The notes under the pieces were generated by a model. It saw only the letters and a program-made list of their open reading frames with translations. It searched no databases and was not told the origin of the DNA. From Picochlorum sp. SENEW3 (Eukaryota): a stretch of 64,000 bases of DNA. The stretch is taken from assembly GCA_034226945.1 (NCBI GenBank), contig CP120459.1, positions 124,001-188,000 on the forward strand. Reading direction: 5' to 3'. Position 1 is the first letter of the stretch. The number at the start of each line of letters is the position of its first letter. Positions 32,144-46,088 of the stretch are shown piece after piece. Made by a program: the position numbers and the translations under genes.

Positions 32144-35100
32144 ATGTTTGAAGCTCAGATTGTCTATTACTTGAACGAATACCTGGGGACGTATGTCCAA
32201 GGTATCGATAGAGACTCTTTGAAAGTGTCGATATACGCCGGGGATGTCGTGCTGCGGAATTTGCGATTGAAACAGGATGCGCTGGAGGATTTGGATTTAC
32301 CAGTGTCTGTGGAAGCTGGAATGCTGGGAAGTTTGACGCTGAAGGTTCCTTGGAATAATTTGGGGGGGACGCCAGTGGTTGCCGAGGTGAACCAGTTGTA
32401 TTTGCTTGTCAGGCCTCGATCGGGGGACAAAGGTCATGGGGTGTCAGAGGATAGTTGGGATATGTTTGATGAAATGTATGAGAAGTCTCGGATGTCGAGG
32501 GTGGAGCGAAAGGAGAAGGCATGGGTGAAGGGCCTGGAGAGAATGAAGGTGCATGAGGATGGGCGTGGACAGCAAAAAGGTTTCCTCAAGGGCCTGATCG
32601 ATACTGTGATCGGCAACTTGCAGATATCGATTAAAAATATTCATATTCGATATGAAGACGGAATCACACGGCCGGGGCATGTGTTTTCGTGTGGGTTTAC
32701 ATTGAAACAATTGTCAGCCTTCACAGTGGATGGCCGAGGGAACAAGGCGTTTATTGCATCCAAAGTAATGGATGCGCTGAGGAAGTCACTTGAGTTGGAC
32801 CGGATGTCTATTTATTTTGATTGTGATACAACCATGTGGTCTCCAGTGGAAACATGGGACGGTATGGATACTGATACATGGCGTGAATGGTTCCAGCCTG
32901 ATATTGAAAAGGACAATCTTGGCAGGAGGTATGTGCTATGTCCAGTGGATGGGAGGGCGTCGTATACGAGGCGATGGAAAGATATTGATCAGGAGAAAGA
33001 TGCGGCGACGGAGCTCTCAGTACATTTGGACACGGTATCTGTTTCTGTGTCGCGGGATCAGTACTGCAATTACTCACTCTTGTTGACAGAGATTTCTCAG
33101 TACACTGCTAGGTTGCCATACAGTGGATTTCGACCTCAGTGTAGACCCGAAGTTGGTAAGAGGGCAAGATGCTGGTGGATGTATTTGCTTTATGTTCATA
33201 AACAGAATGCCGAGACTAGGAAATTCAAATGGGACCAGGTGATTCAAAGTGTCAAGCTACGATCCAAGTATATATCATTGTACAAGGTCATGCTGAAGAT
33301 GGCGGACTTCAAGTCTAGAAAAGACGTCCTAGTTCCGGATGATGTGGAAGCATTGTACCAAAGAGATAAAAAGATTATACATGGGATGGAGAAGGAATTG
33401 AGCGAAGTAACCTTGTTGATGTTTCGTCGAGTGGCACGCTCGGAATATGCAGAGGAGCAAAAGAAGATTGCCGCAGAACAAGCTAAGACGCAGCAGAGAG
33501 GCTGGATGGGATGGCTCATGGGTGCTCCAGCACAGAATAATAATTCTAATCAGTCTAGTGATGGTGCCGCGAATCTGAGTTCGACAGAATATGAGACTGT
33601 CCTTGAGGTGCTGAAGGAGCAGGAAGAGACGATGAGTCTCAAGTTTGAAACACCGTATACGTTGTTGTCCAAATATGTTGTTCATGTGAGCAGCATCTCT
33701 TTGATTTTGGTGGGAGAATCACTAGATGATAGAGTGCTTGAAGGTTCCATGCAGAATATAGTCACAGAAGTTGTATCGTACCCTCAGACAATGAGTCTTC
33801 GGGTGAATGTTGGTGGCATGGGTGTCGACTCTCCAAAGGGGCCATTCGTCAAGACTGGAAGATTTATAGAGAATAAAGAAGAATCTGAGAGTGAAGCACT
33901 CGCTGTTTACTTCATTAGCAAGCCTCAGGACGGGAGGGCTGATGCTATTGTAAATGCAGAATTGGCTCCAAGTTTTGTGTACTATGACCCCAAAGTTGTT
34001 GGGAATGTGGTGGACTTTTTCCAGCCGCCTGAGGAATTTGCAGTCCAAGATTTGGGAGAATTGTCATTGGCAGCTGCATCACAGGTGGAAAGAGCGAAAC
34101 AGATTGCAGCAGAGTATGCAGTTGCAGCATGGTCTGGCAAGCCAAGCCTAGAAATGAGTTTGGTTTTGAATGCTCCAAAAATCTCAATTCCAGCAAAGGG
34201 CTCTAGGAAACAGCTTGCTCTCGATCTCGGATCCTTTATTATTCAATCCGATAATGATATCAAGAAAACTCTTCCAGAAAATGAAAGAGCACTTTATGAG
34301 TGCATCAAGATCAAAGGTAGCAACCTTTCTGCATTTATGGCTGGTGATGTCGTGGATTGGGGGAGGCAAGAGAGCTTTAGTTCCAGGGCGTCATTGCTGG
34401 ATCAATGCGCGCTTGATATGTCACTCCACATTGCTCGATACGCGGATGCTGAATACCCGATGATCAGAATTTTGTCATCAATCCCAACCCTGCAATTTGC
34501 AATTGGCCCCTCTCTTGTTGGGCAATTGATGCAGGTTTTGGGTAATATTGCTCCTGAGCGAGAGAATCCTGATATCCTGCAAGATCATTCGGATATAATT
34601 GATCATTCATGGCTTGAAAGTGCAGAATGGAGGAGAAAATGCAAGATTTTACAGTGGGCATCTTTTCAGTCTAATGCATTTTGGAAAGAGTTTGACGTCG
34701 TTTTGTATCATTCAACACTGTACTGCATTGAAGAAAGTTCGCATGGTGCCATCTCACGGCAGTATACATTGAGGAATAACAGTGTTGTATCGAAAATTCC
34801 TGAGGATATTCTCAGCATAAAGTTCGCCGTGGCAATACATGATTCTCCAGACAATGATTGGAAGGCGATTCTACGGGATGCAGGTTCATGGGTGATGGAG
34901 TTCGATGATGAGGAGGATCTAGACACATTCGTTGAGGAAATCAACTCAAACTTACATAGAATTCGAGCCCTGGCGTCCGAACTAGATGTTGGAAAGTCGA
35001 CAGAGGATGAAGAGGAAATCCAAGCAAGATCAATTGTGTACGTGAGAGCAGAGCTTGAAGAGCTGAAAGTTATTCTTGCTGGCAGAGGACCGCTGTATTA

Positions 35101-38100
35101 TGGTCAATACGACCAAAATGAGGAAGTTGATATAATATCTGTGAAAGCGTCTAAGGGTTTATTTGATTTTCATTACGGTCCAGATGAGATGCAGTCTAAT
35201 ATTTCATTAATGGCATTGGAAATAGAGGATATGATATGTGGGCCATCCTTGGAGGAGAAGTGTCTTGCGACAAGTTGTATAGATGGGACGTCCGCTGATG
35301 CTAAAAACCTTGCAGACTTCAGACTGACAAAATTATCTCCCACAAACCCTTCTTATGATGGGATTCAGACACGGCTGTCGGCAAACTTAGATTCTTTGTA
35401 CTTTTTCTGCAATCGCCCCACTATTGGCTGTCTTATGGCATTTGGATCTGAAGTGGCAATGGCAGTAAGCTCCGATGGATCTAGTGTAGACATGCCGGTC
35501 GAACAGAGCCATGAAGATGTTGAAGGTATTGTAGCAGAAAGTGTTTTGGTGTTTTGCCAAGACCCAGACACAACTTCATTTCTCCTGGATGTGCGACTTC
35601 AAAGATTACAGCTTGTCCTCAATTACGAGGACTCAAATACGAAATTAGCAGAGGCGGATATTTCAGATTTTATTCTCAAATTTGAGACAGTTTCAGATGG
35701 TAGAATGAAAATAGGTTCCAGTCTGGGCAATTTGAACCTGGTACGTTTTTCTGTGGATGCAAGCATACAAAGCATATCTAATTTTTTGTTTTATTGTGCT
35801 CAGAATGATCTTACTCTTGGATTGAATAGCACCAACTCTCACATATGCGGCTTGCGAGACAACAAAGAGTCTTCTCTCATTTCGATTAACTTTGAGATGT
35901 ACCCAGCTCATGTGGATAGTGGACTAAATTGCCCAAATGGTCTTAGCGTGTCTTATTTGGAAGCTCATTTGAGCAAACTGAGGATTCTTTTCTTGTATAG
36001 ATTCATTCAGCAATGCATCCAATACATTGTGTACATGCTGCAGTTTAGGCCAGAGGAGTTGGTGCTTGAAAATAGCAGAGGCAATGTCCCCAGCTTGCCA
36101 GATGAGCGGGCTGTAACCTCAGAGCAGCCTTTTGCTCTAGTGATGAAATTGTCAATGGATGCGCCGCTGATCATAATGCCTCGCTCTTCGACAAGTAGCA
36201 GTGGCGTCAAGGCAGACTTAGGAACTCTTACACTTGAGAATAGTATCAAGCGTGCAGAGACCGGAGAACTACTAGATGAATCGATCTTGAATCTCTCTGG
36301 TGTGACGTTGATGCCTTGCTCCGCAGAGGGGGAAGGTGCTTCACTCATTCAACTTTCTGATGAAGGTTGGACCATACGGTGGCAACGCCCTCTTGGAGAG
36401 GTAGATGATAAATGCATCCCAGATTTCGCGTTGGATATTACAATCCCCACTTTACAGGGTCATTTGTCTGATTTGGAGTACCAGAGCGTAACTACAATAG
36501 CATCAAGTAATATTAGTGAAGAAATAGATCTTCCAACTGGTGTGGAATCTATCCACAGGCACATGAATGAGATTGGCCCGGTTTCTTCATTGACGAGTGA
36601 TTTAGTAGAACATGCTCTCGTTTCTCCCAGAAAATCTCATGATAATAAGAAGCCTGAGGGAATAAAGTTGCGATTGCATCTATGGATCAAACATCTGCAA
36701 TTAGACATTTGCAATGAGATTGGACCAGGCAAGAGAAATGATCTTGGCCAATTGCAGATCAACGATCTCGATGTATTATACACATCATTCGCATGTGATG
36801 ATACTTTGGTAGAATTGTCATTGCCCAAACTAGAGGTATCTGATCGGAGGTCCCATGTATCTCTAGAGCAATCACTTGTTATCAGTAGTGGACATCGAGC
36901 TTCATTTCTGATGCTCAGGTATTTGGCTGATGAGCAGGAAAAAGACTTGAAGATAATACTCCAGAAGCCAATGGTAATTTTGGAGCTTGGATTTTTACTT
37001 GAACTTGCAAGATTTTTCGTGCCTTCGTTCTCATTTGTCAAGTCGGACCCTTTGCCATTTTTCACACATGACATGGTGCTTAAAGGTAAGTGGTTTCTCC
37101 ATGGTTAAGCCTCGCATTGCTTTCAGTCAGTAATATTGTGTCTTTATACAGAAGGAGGTATGAATCTCCCTAATGACATATGGCTTTCTCCAGCTGTGAG
37201 AATTCTTGCTGATACTCAACCTGCAGAGTATATCATGGATGGACAGGGACATTCCATCTTCTTGCCACCTGTGAAAGACTTGTCAGAAGTTTCACCACTC
37301 ATCATGGTGGGACCAAACAGCATTTTGAAAATGATGAATGTTAAGATTTATAATTCCGAATCGCTCAATACGTGTCTCAAACTAGGTCCTGGTGCAAAAA
37401 TTTTGCTCTCAAGAGAAGATGGCGTTGAGCTTTTTGATACAGCACAGGAAGGCAGGGGTGACTCGGAAATTGATCTTGAAAAAGGCTATAGAACTGAAGA
37501 GAATCCCTCTCAAAAATATAATCTCACTATCAGTGCGAGCAATGTGGGGGTCTATCTGCTAAAAGCAGGTGAACCAATAAGTCAGCAGAAAGCATGTTCC
37601 AACGAGGTCAGCAGTGCAACAGCTCATACAATCAAGATCCAGGCCGACATAACCGCACAAATGAATTTTGATGAGCATCAAATGCATGTGAAATCATCTA
37701 TTGATGGACTAAGGGCCTCGCACAACAGAATAAGTAACTTAAAGGAACAGGCTGTCAGCAGATCAAACCTGGAACTGGCAAGGCATACAAAGCTCAAAGC
37801 GAAGAAAGAATCAGATATACTCCTACCCACGGGCATCAAATTTGATTTCAAGTCGGGGGACAAGGATATTGATATGACTTTGTCTATCTCGGAGGTTCGC
37901 TATTACATTTCTCCTGGACTCTTGGAACTGGGGACAAAGTTGTGCAAGGAGGCTTTGGCTCCCCTGCAACAGCCTGGTCCTGATGCCGCTGCTTTTGCAG
38001 TTTCAAAATTCCAAAAGTTATGCACTGTCAAATGCAATGGATCTGAGAAGGTGTACAACGAGGCATTGCTGTACGAGTCAGAGATGATAACATTTTGGAA

Positions 38101-41100
38101 ACCCAGTGCTCCAACTGGCTATGCATTTGGAGGGCATGTGATCACCCAAGGAGAGAAGGCACCTTCATTCGAAGTCATGTGTCTAGCTATGAACTCTGGT
38201 CTAGTTAAATGCCCTGATAAATTTGAATTGCTCTTCTCCAATGATATTATTTGGTTATGGGGGCCTGTCACAACAGAAGGATTCACAGCAGTTGGAGTTT
38301 TTGTGACAATGGACCCGAATCCCCCGTCAATCGAGGGAACGTGTTGTGTTGCATGCGATGCTCTTGTGAAGGCACCTTTAGGAGAAAGGATTCGTCTCTG
38401 TTCATGCGAAAGTGAAGCAGTGATTTCTAATATTGACAATTCGTTTGGCACATTCCTGCAAAGTCAGATCTCACACATCTTTCCTGCAGACCTTAGATTC
38501 CCTGTAGGAGTGACAACCTACGGTCTTTTCTCTCGTAATTTAAGTTCGACTCTGGAACATGGAAGATCTATTCCTGATCTGCTGGAGCAGTCCAGGAAAA
38601 TCCAGGATCAGTACATTGTATCTCAAAGGAAGCAAAATTTGTCTCAATCCCGCAGTGTGATCTCACCACAGACAATGGACTTTAAAAGAATTTGGACAGA
38701 CAATGGATCTTTATCGGCATCGCGTGGCGTTTCTATTTGGAGGCCAATTCCTCCTCCAGGCTATGTGATTCTTGGTGATGCTTTTCAAAACGGCTTTGAG
38801 CCTCCAAAGTTTGTGCACGTCCTACAAATGGAAGAGAATTCACTTATCGCGAAGGAAACAAAGCGCTGTGTTAGGCCATTGAAGCTACAGATGATCTGGC
38901 ACGATGGGAATCCAAAGCACGAGCATGGGCTATCAATTTGGAAACCGGTACCACCTGAGGGCTATACTGCTGCTGGGCACATCGCACAAATTGGGATGAA
39001 AAAGCCCGATGTAGATGTTGTATGCGTCCTGAATGAGCTATTGCATATTGCGCCTCCTCCAAGGAAACCTCTTTGGAGTGTAAAAGCGGCTGACCAGAGC
39101 GTGAATCCTCTGAGCGTCTGGCATGCTGATGAACGGACTGGGTGTTTTTGTGTTGATCCTACAGATCATCTAACTCCGCCAGAAATTTGGGTCTTAAATA
39201 TGAGTGCATTGGAGCCAAGTGCATCCGATGAATCGGGAAAGACGATAAATGCAGTTGTTCGAGTCAAATCAATACAAACGACATTTCTTAATACCATTGG
39301 GAGCCCTTTGCTCAAATTCAATGTCAGTTCGATTGAGTCAGGTATTCGTGGCTACAGTCAAGAAGTTATTCAATCTTATGGAGGCTTTCAGCCCTCGTTA
39401 CACACTTACAATTGTTCCTCGGGACTCTGGGAGCCTGTCATAGAGCCATTTGATGCAATCATAAAAGTTGACTCAAATTTCACCAATCAGGTAGGTCCTT
39501 CATCGGCTAAATTATACTCGTCGCTTTCCATAGAATGGTCTGATATATTTTGGTTTTTGTTTTGTTTCAGAATTCATCAGGAATCGACCCGGGCGTGCAT
39601 GTATCAGTAAAGTCATCTACAGAGATGATTATGAGTACTCTTGCTGTGAAGCAGATGCATTCTTTCGTTGCGGCAATTGAGGAAGCGACCATAGCTCTTC
39701 AGGAAGATGTAGTGAACGATGCGATTTTATCTAACCTTTTCTCAAATGGAAATGGGATTGTCAAATCTGGAATGAGAAACAAACTAGGTGTACCCGTCAA
39801 CCTTGAAGTTGAAGAGTTAAGCGGCATGTGCGTCTGATTGTCCCCTTTGTTACTGTCATTCGAAAACTTACGATTCTCTCTTAAACTTTGCAGAAAATCT
39901 TATTGCATAGATGTGGAATCAGATTTCTCAATAGAAAGACCTGTGCCACAAAAACTGGTGAGAGTAGATGATCCAACAGACAAAACGAATCTACCGCCTG
40001 CGCTGCTGCTTGTTGATATTCACAGTGTGGACTGTCCGATCAAGAATACCCGCCTTTATATCACTGTGGAATTGAATGGAAGAGATGATTCCTCATGTCT
40101 AAGTCCTAAAACGAGAAGTGCTTTTATTGATGGAGGTGAAATAGTATTTGATGAAAGGCTTGTTCTGTCATTGTCGCAGCAGAATGAAACAGTCAGCGAA
40201 TGTTTGTTTGAAGTGTGGGATGCGTTTTCTAATTACGGTAGAGGGTCAGTATTCGCGAAAGGTTACCTAAAATTGCGGGATATTCAGCCAAATGGAAGCC
40301 ATCATACAATCAGTTTGTCCAACAATGGTGGTGCAGTTGGTTCACTCACATGCAAGGTGCAGATACAAACCCATGGGATTTCGAACAGAGGCGATGATGC
40401 AGCAACAGATTTTCAGGATGCGGGTAAAATGGCCATCAATATTCCATCTGCAAAAGATTCGAAAGATATCTGGAGAATCATTCCTGACTTTTCAGAAAGT
40501 TTTGAGCAGAACCCAGCTGAATCAAAAAGCAGTGCATCAGTCACTTCCATTCAGTTCGGAAATGATCTCGTTGTCATAGAAAGCGCCGCAAGACAAGGCT
40601 CTTGGAGTGAAATAATTCGGTCTAATTGCAAATTCCGAAATCAAACTGGCCTGCAGGTATCCTTGGAGTTGGTGTTCGAGAAAAGCCAGGACACAAAATC
40701 TTTGGGAATTGTGCAGCCTGGAAAATCTTTGCCTTTGCCATTATATTGGGATAGACCTGATGTATTGCTCTCTGTAGTACCTGCATCTGATAGTAGTTAT
40801 AGCTGCATCGTTAATCAGCAAGGCGCAAGCGCAGGCATCTCTCTCTTTGAAATACAGGATGGATGGACAACCTTCATGGAGTGCAGGCCTATTGATCAGA
40901 AGGGTAATTCGACATATTTTAGTGCTTATGCATATTCCAAATCGTTACCTAGATCTCAGAGAAACGATTGGGAAGTAGTTCTCAACCCTCCTCTCGTTCT
41001 CCGAAACCATGTTCCTGTGCCCCTTCATGTGCAGGTGGAGCAAGGAATTGGAGCAGGAAGGCCTCCTTCATTCTCAGGACTCGTGGAAACTGGAGCAAAT

Positions 41101-44100
41101 ATACCTATTTATAATGCAGACATCATGGATCAAATTTCATTGAAATTTGAGTCAGAGGAGTATATTTGGCTTGAGAAGGGCCCAGTTCCAGTGGCAGGTG
41201 CAAAATGCTCATCCATAAGAGATTCTGCTAGACTTTCTCGGCCTGGGCAAGAGATACCTACTGAAATCTTCATCGGTACAACATCTGTGTTTGGCAATAG
41301 GTCTTCAAGTGGTGATTCTTCTATTGTCCTAACGCTATTCTCTCCTTTATGGATATTAAACAAAACCAGTTGGGAGGTTAGACTGGCTTTACTTCCGACT
41401 CTGAATCTTGCAAAGAAGCCCCGGACAGACTCCAACCTCGCTCAGAAATTTGGTGAAACATCCACCTTTGGATCATTTGTTGCGGCTTCAGATGAGATCG
41501 ACACTGATCGAGTATCTAATGCCAGAGCAGTGTCGCCAGGGTCTGTAGAACTTTTGAGTTTCCCTGCAGCCTCTCTGCAAGAGTCTTCTGCTGAATCTCC
41601 GTATGCAATACGAATGAAGGTTCAAGGATCTGGGTGGACGGAACCAATCCTCTTTGATGAGGAGTTTGCAAAGAAACACGGTTTTGCTGCAGTTTCATCG
41701 AGACCCATGCTGCTATTTTCAGACTCTCGAGCTCACTCAACAGCATATGGAACAGTTGTTCGATTAGAGATGAGCGAGTTCAAGGAATCCCGGATTTTGC
41801 ATATTGACACACATATGTTAATTCAAAACAGATCTTCGGTCGATTTCGAAGGGTTCCAGTGCCGATTGAAAGATCAATCTGCATCAGTTATGGCACAAAA
41901 ATCAGGAGTAATTGTTCCAGAAGGTGGCGAGTTAAAGCAAACGCCTGGCAGCTCAGTCTCATCTAATGCTATTCAAACTGATAATCCAATCGCAGGAAAA
42001 TCATTCGTGAAGATGTCGGATGAATCTTTTGATGAAATTATGCATTCAAAGGCCCTTTTTGACCTACCTGCTGATTGCATGTGTAGGCCAGTCAACTTTA
42101 TCAGGGGACTATATTTCCATGCTGTCTGTTTGAGGCAAAAATCTCCGGACACTGCTGAAAATATTGGAATCTGGAGTAGACCGGTGGTTTTCGATGACTC
42201 GGGTGAAGGCACAAAGTTTGTGCTAGTTCCCGTTTTGCAAAACAATATGTTGGAAGGCCACAAAATGATTCGGTTGCGCTTCACTATTAGAGGGCCTGGT
42301 CTCACGATGATCACAATAGAGACTGCAGATTGTTATCCTCCTTATGTATTGGAAAATAGGACAGACTTGCATTTACAATACGTGCAACCTGGGTGCAATG
42401 ATGCACCAATATATGATTTGCCTGGCTATACTGCAGTGGGTTTTGTGCCAGACTTCTCCACACCTGGTGAAAAGGTTAGAATCAAACTTTTCAGCGAATC
42501 TTTCAAGTCTTACTCCAAGATAGTCGAGTTAGATGAGGATAACGAGGGTGAAGTTGAAGAATTAAGCGTTTCCAGCACCAAGTCATGCCTCATCAAGACA
42601 TCTTATGAAAATGCTAGTGTCCTCACTCCGCTAGGTGACAAGGCAATGTCTGGTGATTCCACTGGATACTCAATTGGGCGTGGAGGTGTGGAAAAGGTGG
42701 TGCGAATCGCTTCAGCTAAAATAGAACTTCTAAGAATGCCACAAAAAAGCTCGGTTGCCCTCAACGAAATATTCTTTTCCTTGGACATCCCAGGCCTCTC
42801 AGTATCTATAATTGATGCGTATCCAAGAGAAATATCTCTTATTACCGTATTGGGCATTAACCTTAAGTTTGATCGCTTTCTAATGCCGAACGGTATTGGA
42901 TTGCAGATTGGATTTGTGGCAAATTCTCTGCAAGCTGACAACCAAATGCCAGGCACCCTCCTCCCTGTTGCTCTTTGCAGGGCTCTGGCATCTAAGAGTT
43001 CAATGCCCTTTATTGAATGCCGATACTCTACATTCTCGTCACGAACTAGAGCAGGCGTCTTGCTTCCATTCATTGGGTGTCGGATGCCGAATAAAATTCA
43101 GCTGGCGATTGAGGAGAGTTTGATCTGGCGACTCTACGGTGTGTATGAATCAATAGTAAGCCTTCTACCATCACATAAAGAATCTGAAAAGACGACAACT
43201 GCTGCTGCCGATGCATTTGTTCGACTTCGGTTGCTGTCTGTTAGCAGGACAGATTTGTCTGTGAGCTTCCAAAACAATCCACAATCGAGACCGTTGAGCA
43301 TCCATGACTCATCTCTGGGGATGATACTCGACCTTGCTGCTTTCAAAGGAGCTAATCTAAGTCTGAAAGGTTTCGAGTTGCAACAGCTGAATCTCAGTCA
43401 GTCATCTCTGACCCAGCGGATCATCGAGGTATGTTTCCATGGAAATGTATGCATTTAATTTACTGTCTTCATCTGCGACATCTGTACATGCAGAGAATCA
43501 GAAGTGATCTAATTGGAGCGGCATTTTCATTGATAAGTACGTTTGGTCTTGTGGGGGGAGCATCTCGTCTCATTGGCTTCCTCGGTGCAAAAGTGGCCAA
43601 ATTTGCAGACTCTGGCTCTGGAAGAAAACACACTTTGTCCGCACCTTCAGAAACAACTCAGCCCAACCAAGCTATCGAGTCGAACGATTCTTTGAAAACT
43701 TCTATGATCAAAGGTTTCAAGGGTTTGGTAAGCAAGCCTGTGGAAGGAGCCAAGAAAGATGGCTTTGAAGGAGCATTCAAAGGTATGGCCAAAGGCGTTG
43801 TAGGAGTCTTTGCAAACCCGATGAGCACAATGCTTGCAACCTCTTCAGAAGGCTATAACTCAAACTTTGCAAAAGATAGGGCATCTGTCTTGGTTTTGGA
43901 GAGAAAGAGACTGCCTAGGGTGATTAGTACAAGTGGAAGAATAACACCCATGACCAGGGGAGGAACAGATAGAGAGTCAGTACTGGAAGCACTTGGCCAA
44001 TCATTCTTATGGGCAACCTGGATAGCGGATCCACTTGTAGACAAAATGCCTCTAGAGAGCTACGAAGAGCACTTTGTCTTGCCTAATGGATACGTTCTGC

Positions 44101-45224
44101 TGTTTACAAGTTCAAGTATCCTTCATATACATTCGCCGTACTTTGCTGAATTGGACGGCGCTGCAGAGATTGGAACCTTGCCAGCTATAGAAATTCCTCC
44201 AGGAAATATCAAATGGCGCATAATTTGGGAGGATCTTTTGGCTATGGAGCTCCGCTGGAGCGATCCAACATTGCAACCTGATAAACTTGTCATGCATAGG
44301 AAAGGAAACTTGCAGTCAGAACACAGCACCAGCAGGCAGCAACCTCAGGAGCTATCAAGAGACATTATGTGCTTCCCCAAGACACCTCAGGCGTCTCAAA
44401 TCAAGTTCATCGCGAGCAAATTGCTGTCAAAATACTATCAGGACCCACAGAGGCAGGATCACAGATGGGCAATGAGGCATCAGGCAAGGGCAGCTCTGCC
44501 CCAAGACAAGGCAGTTGAGGATTTCCCGCTTCAGATGCCATGCACTGCATTCGAAAAATCCTGGCAAACAAATCCAAGGCGATCTCCTGTCGTGCACTTT
44601 TGGAATCCCGTACCCCCTCCTGGCTATAAACCTGTTGGGAGTGTGGCAACCTTGGGACCTGAGCAGCCAGTAGCACCTGTGCCATGCTTCAGAGACGACA
44701 TCACACTCCGAGGAAGGCAAATACTGGCGACAGATCGTCCTCATGTTGCCTTTCCAGAGGAGTATTCTTTGATTTGGAGATTCAATGGTGAGAGACCAGT
44801 CACCATGTGGATGCCAGTGCCTCCCAAAGGGTACAAAGCTATGGGAGCCATCATTCTAAATTCAGCGACCACTCCATCATTGGACGACTACGTTTGTTTA
44901 CGAGAAGACTTGGTGTCGGAAACCTCGATATTTGATTCGCCTATATGGACATACGACCCAGATGCCATCCAAGCAGAACTGCAAACATCTTCGCACACAA
45001 CAGCAAAGGCATCACTCAGCAAATCCTTCAAATCACTCAAACTGGGAAACAATCAGCAGCAAAGTACACAACAAGCTGCGTCCAAGCACATGTCAGATAA
45101 ATGGAAAGTATCTGTATGGCAAGTAGACAATGGTAGATGTATGACACTGTTGGTTGTCCGTGGTCTAAAGAAACCACCCACAAAACTGTCATTCACTCTT
45201 ACAGGAGTGGATTTCAAAAAATAA
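32144..45224 (+). CDS. VPS13: VPS13 lipid-transfer protein (~4,246 aa; plant-type with PH, Vps62/DUF946-like repeats and C2); introns 35741-35803, 37086-37151, 39491-39570, 39828-39893 and 43429-43493
   Basis: Chorein N-terminus (MFEAQIVYYLNEYLGTYV...LTLKVPW), WRP.PP.GY repeats, PPY.LEN, LQADNQ, and KPVEGAKKDG..G..KG.AKG. Five GT-AG introns join the ORFs into a 12,741-nt reading frame. Confidence 0.93.
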
Positions 45225-45240
45225 TGCATGATATATATAT

Positions 45241-46088
45241 TCAAGAAGATGCATGTTTCAATCGATCAGCGACATTGTTCCAATTGACGACCTTCCAAAT
45301 TTCCTTGAGATAATCTGGTCGAACGTTCTTGTATTGAAGATACTGCATACATTGAAATCAATTGCGAATGATAACCAGTACGATATTAGACAAGAAATAC
45401 ATAAACCCAACGTACGTATGCATGCTCCCACACATCAATACCCAACAACGGAATCAATCCTGTTGTTGCCTGCAGTGGATCTTGGTTGGCTGTTGTTGCC
45501 ACAACCAACTTGTCACTCTCCGTATTATATCCCAACCAACCCCATCCAGACCCCTGGACAGCGGCTGTCTTTCCATTAAACTTGCTGATCATCGTATCCA
45601 AGGATCCAAAGTCCCTTTCAATCATATCCAGCAACTTCCCCTGAGGGGGCTCTGAGCTTCCAGGAGGACACAGCATTTCCCAAAACATGGAATGATTCAA
45701 ATGCCCTGCGCCCATGGATGCATACCATCAATCAGAAACAACAGTATAATAAATACTACTGCACCGCACCTCCTCCATTAAATTTGATCGCAGACTGCAG
45801 AGCAATCATCTTGTTCACATCCCCAGCATGCTCTGCCTCTGCAAGCTGCTCCAAAAAACTGTTCAAATTCGTCACATACGTCTGATGATGTTTCTTATGA
45901 TGCAGTTCCATAATCTCTGGAATAATCACTGGATTCAATGCACTGTAATCATAGGGAAGATCAGGCAGCGTTGCCTTGCCTCTACTCCCATGGAGCGTGC
46001 TGCTGCTACTGCCAGCGATGACAGATGCCTGCTCTGGCAACACACCCACCATTCGCTTGATCGTTGACAAAGAGCTTCGACGAGCCAT
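45241..46088 (-). CDS. MSD1: Mitochondrial Mn superoxide dismutase; exons 45770-46088, 45416-45705 and 45241-45342
   Basis: [43 protein letters not shown], and [18 protein letters not shown]. Confidence 0.96.

Noticed and set aside
8142..46088. Redox/iron gene cluster (LTO1, ISU1, DUF455, CSK, PTOX, MSD1)
   Set aside because: Interspersed with unrelated housekeeping genes and targeted to different compartments; compatible with chance.
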